From positions 60,001 to 92,000 of the forward strand of contig CP116499.1 of the NCBI GenBank assembly GCA_030849405.1: a DNA stretch of 32,000 nt, given 5' to 3'. Shown here piece after piece: positions 27,410-32,000 of this stretch. This stretch comes from Candidatus Saccharimonadota bacterium. Lineage in GTDB: Bacteria; Pseudomonadota; Gammaproteobacteria; Enterobacterales; Enterobacteriaceae_A. The position numbers and the translations under genes are program-made. The first letter of the stretch is position 1, and every line of letters starts with the position of its first letter. The notes beneath the pieces were generated by a model, which did no database searches, had not been told where the DNA came from, and saw only the letters and a list, made by a program, of their open reading frames with translations.

Positions 27410-28816
27410 ATGTTTAAACAACAAGTAGGTGTTATTGGAATGGCTACTATGGGTAAAAATTTAGCTTTAAATATAGAAAATAAAGGTTATACAGTTTCAA
27501 TATTTAATAGAACTCCTAAAAATACTAATGAAGTAATTTTAAATAATCCTAATAAAAACATAAAACCATATTATACACTTCAAAGTTTTGTAAATTCAAT
27601 AATACAACCAAGAAGAATTTTTATTATGGTAAAATCAGGAAAAGCTACAATAGAAGTAATTAATTGTTTAATTAAATTTATAAATAAAAAAGATATAATT
27701 ATAGATTGTGGAAATACATATTACAAAAATAGTATTAAAATAAATAATAAATTAAACAAAATGGGATTTTATTATATTGGAGCAGGAATTTCAGGAGGAG
27801 AAGAAGGAGCATTAAAAGGACCAGCAATTATGCCAGGAGGAAATTTAAAAGCATATAAATTAATTTTACCAATTTTAAAAAAAATATCTGCTTTATATAA
27901 AAATGAACCATGTGTAAATTATATTGGTAAAAATGGTTCAGGGCATTATGTTAAAATGATACATAATGGTATAGAATATAGTAATATGCAATTAATATCT
28001 GAAACTTATTTTATATTAAAAAAAGGATTAAATTTAAATAATAAACAAATAAACAAAATTTTTGAAAATTGGAATAATGGAGAATTAAATAGTTATTTAA
28101 TTGAAATAACAAAAAATATTTTAATTAAAAAAGATAAAAATAAAAAATATTTAATTGATGCAATATCAGATGAAGCAAATAATAAAGGAACAGGAAAATG
28201 GATGTGTAAAGAAGCATTAGATTTAAAAGAACCATTATGTTTAATTACACAATCTGTTTTTATAAGATATATATCAAATATAAAAAAACAACGTTTAATA
28301 GCATCAAAAAACTTAATTGGACCAAAAAAAATATATAAAATTAAAAATAAAATAAATTTTATTAAAAAAATTCAGAAATCACTTTATTTTAGTAAAATAA
28401 TTTCTTATGCACAAGGTTTTTCTCAATTAAGTAAAGCATCTAAAAAATATAAATGGAATTTAAATTTTAGTAATATAGCTAAAATTTTCAGATCTGGTTG
28501 TATTATAAGAGCTAAACTTTTACAAAATATAATAAATTCATATATTAAAAATCCAAATATTGAAAATATTTTATTAACAAAATATTTTATTAATATTACA
28601 AATAATTATCAAAACTCTTTACGTGATGTTATTACATTTTCAATACAATTAGGGATACCAACTCCAGTATTTAATGCATCAATAACTTATTATGATAGTT
28701 ATAGATGTTCAAATTTATCAACTAATTTAATACAAGCGCAACGTGATTATTTTGGTGCTCATACTTATAAACGTGTTGATAAAAATGGTATTTATCATAC
28801 TAAATGGATAAAATAA
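27410..28816 (+). CDS. gnd: 6-phosphogluconate dehydrogenase, decarboxylating
   Basis: 468 aa. GVIGMATMGKNLALN, GAGISGGEEGALKGPAIMPGG, GSGHYVKMIHNGIEY, NKGTGKW and AQRDYFGAHTY are colinear with E. coli Gnd. Confidence 0.95.
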   Translation: MFKQQVGVIGMATMGKNLALNIENKGYTVSIFNRTPKNTNEVILNNPNKNIKPYYTLQSFVNSIIQPRRIFIMVKSGKATIEVINCLIKFINKKDIIIDCGNTYYKNSIKINNKLNKMGFYYIGAGISGGEEGALKGPAIMPGGNLKAYKLILPILKKISALYKNEPCVNYIGKNGSGHYVKMIHNGIEYSNMQLISETYFILKKGLNLNNKQINKIFENWNNGELNSYLIEITKNILIKKDKNKKYLIDAISDEANNKGTGKWMCKEALDLKEPLCLITQSVFIRYISNIKKQRLIASKNLIGPKKIYKIKNKINFIKKIQKSLYFSKIISYAQGFSQLSKASKKYKWNLNFSNIAKIFRSGCIIRAKLLQNIINSYIKNPNIENILLTKYFINITNNYQNSLRDVITFSIQLGIPTPVFNASITYYDSYRCSNLSTNLIQAQRDYFGAHTYKRVDKNGIYHTKWIK

Positions 28817-28917
28817 ATATTATAAATTCTTAAAATTTAATAAAATTATTTTATAAATAAATTAAATAATAGTTTTAAAAAAATAATATAAATATTAAAA
28901 TTTAATTTAGAACATTT

Positions 28918-30033
28918 TTATTTTAAATTATTTAAAAAAATTTTAATCTTTTTAATAAAATTGTTTATTTTTGGTGTATTTTTATTTAAATAATTATTAA
29001 AATTTTTATCAAAATTATAAATAATTTCTTTTTGTTTTTCAGTTAAATTTATTGGAGTCTCTATAAAAATTTTACATAACAAATCTCCTCTGTATTTATT
29101 ATTTAAAGATTTTATTCCTTTACCTTTAATTTTAAATAATTTACCAGTTTGTGTTTCAGGGGGTATTCTTAATTTTATACGTCCATCTAAAGTAGGTACT
29201 TCTATATCACCACCTAAAACTGCAGTCGAAAAATTAATTGGTATTTCACAATACAAATTATTATTATCTCGTTTAAAAATTGAATGTTCTTTAATTTTTA
29301 TTTGAATATATAAATCTCCAGATATACCTCCTCTTTTTCCTGCTTCACCTTCACCAGTAATACGAACTGTATCACCATCATTTAAATTTTTAGGAATTTT
29401 AATTGAAAGATTTTTAAATTTTCTAATTCTACCATGACTTTTACAATAATTACATGCATTTTTAATTATTTTACCAATACCATTACATTTTGGACATGTT
29501 TGTTGAAATGTAAAAAAACCTCTTTTAATTTGAATTTGACCATTTCCATGACATGTTAAACAATTATTAAGTGAACTTCCTCTTTTTGTCCCTTTTCCAT
29601 TACAATATTTACATTTTATTAAAGTTTGTATATTAATTTCTTTTTTAACACCTTTAATTATTTCTTCTAAATCTAATTCTATATTATATTTTAAGTCAGA
29701 ACCTTTATCAACATTTTTATTACGATTATCCCCGAAAATATCCCCAAAAACATCACCAAAAATATCGCTAAAACTAGTTTCAGATCTAAAATTATTATTA
29801 ACATAAGATTGATCAAATGCTTCATGACCATATTGATCATATGCATTTCTTTTTTTTTTATCACTTAAAATTTCATAAGCTTCTTTTATTTCTTTAAAAC
29901 GTTTTTCGGCATTTTTATCTTTATTTCTATCAGGATGGTATTTAATAGCTAAACGTTTATATGCTTTTTTTATTTCTGTATTATTTGAATTTTTAGATAT
30001 TCCAAGTAAAGTATAGTAATCTTTTTTTGACAT
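28918..30033 (-). CDS. dnaJ: chaperone DnaJ (Hsp40)
   Basis: 371 aa. It has a J domain (DYYTLLGI...YHPDRN), a G/F region (DIFGDVFGDIFGD) and four CxxCxGxG zinc-finger repeats (CKYCNGKG, CLTCHGNG, CPKCNGIG, CNYCKSHG). Confidence 0.95.
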   Translation of the reverse strand: MSKKDYYTLLGISKNSNNTEIKKAYKRLAIKYHPDRNKDKNAEKRFKEIKEAYEILSDKKKRNAYDQYGHEAFDQSYVNNNFRSETSFSDIFGDVFGDIFGDNRNKNVDKGSDLKYNIELDLEEIIKGVKKEINIQTLIKCKYCNGKGTKRGSSLNNCLTCHGNGQIQIKRGFFTFQQTCPKCNGIGKIIKNACNYCKSHGRIRKFKNLSIKIPKNLNDGDTVRITGEGEAGKRGGISGDLYIQIKIKEHSIFKRDNNNLYCEIPINFSTAVLGGDIEVPTLDGRIKLRIPPETQTGKLFKIKGKGIKSLNNKYRGDLLCKIFIETPINLTEKQKEIIYNFDKNFNNYLNKNTPKINNFIKKIKIFLNNLK

Positions 30034-30053
30034 TTTTTTACCTTAAATAATTA

Positions 30054-30078
30054 TGGGTATAGATTTTTTCTATACCCA
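30054..30078 (-). promoter_or_regulatory. 10-bp GC-containing stem-loop in the dnaK-dnaJ spacer (mRNA structure or attenuator candidate)
   Basis: TGGGTATAGA (30054-30063), loop TTTTT, then TCTATACCCA (30069-30078) form a perfect inverted repeat. On the sense (-) RNA it sits about 47 nt after the dnaK stop and 20 nt before the dnaJ ATG, just upstream of the AAGG Shine-Dalgarno motif. No U-tract follows it on the - strand. Confidence 0.5.
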
Positions 30079-30125
30079 ATAATTAATTTTTTTTTAAAAA
30101 ATTAAATTTTTAATAAAAAATAAAA

Positions 30126-32000
<1,875 letters not shown>

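Overview
The window is extremely A+T-rich (well under 20% G+C by eye, not computed) and gene-dense. Its proteins are strongly Lys/Asn/Ile-biased but recognisably orthologous to E. coli housekeeping proteins. It looks like the chromosome of an obligate, genome-reduced gammaproteobacterial (Enterobacterales-derived) insect endosymbiont; I cannot name the species from sequence alone. I support 27 CDSs, two of them cut by the window edges: bioA', alaS, rplM, rpsI, clsA, aspS, gapA, trxA, rho, ruvX, rpsA, pykA, clpX, clpP, rlmB, fsr, serS, fpr, mnmA, ribA, fldA, der, hisS, rlmN, gnd, dnaJ and dnaK'. There are also 5 tRNA genes in two operon remnants syntenic with E. coli (cysT-leuZ and metT-leuW-glnU). 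Further E. coli micro-synteny survives in rplM-rpsI, trxA-rho, clpP-clpX, rlmN-hisS-der and dnaK-dnaJ. I see no mobile elements, CRISPR, defence, toxin or secretion genes, and no unassigned long ORFs, so I do not claim a novel multi-gene system. The signals worth a second look are structural. (1) A perfect 42-bp tandem array, each unit an 18-bp hairpin, fills the clpP-clpX spacer. (2) rlmN has a conserved N-terminal domain that is in frame but has no ATG/GTG/TTG start. (3) Very long in-frame poly(A) tracts (up to 23 nt in serS) and (AAT)n poly-Asn microsatellites lie inside essential genes. (4) A 417-bp spacer contains only 5 G/C bases. (5) Rho lacks about 28 N-terminal residues. (6) The MFS gene fsr is unusually well conserved. 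(7) A shared TACTTGATT-N16-TATAAT promoter-like motif precedes both clpP and a tRNA operon.
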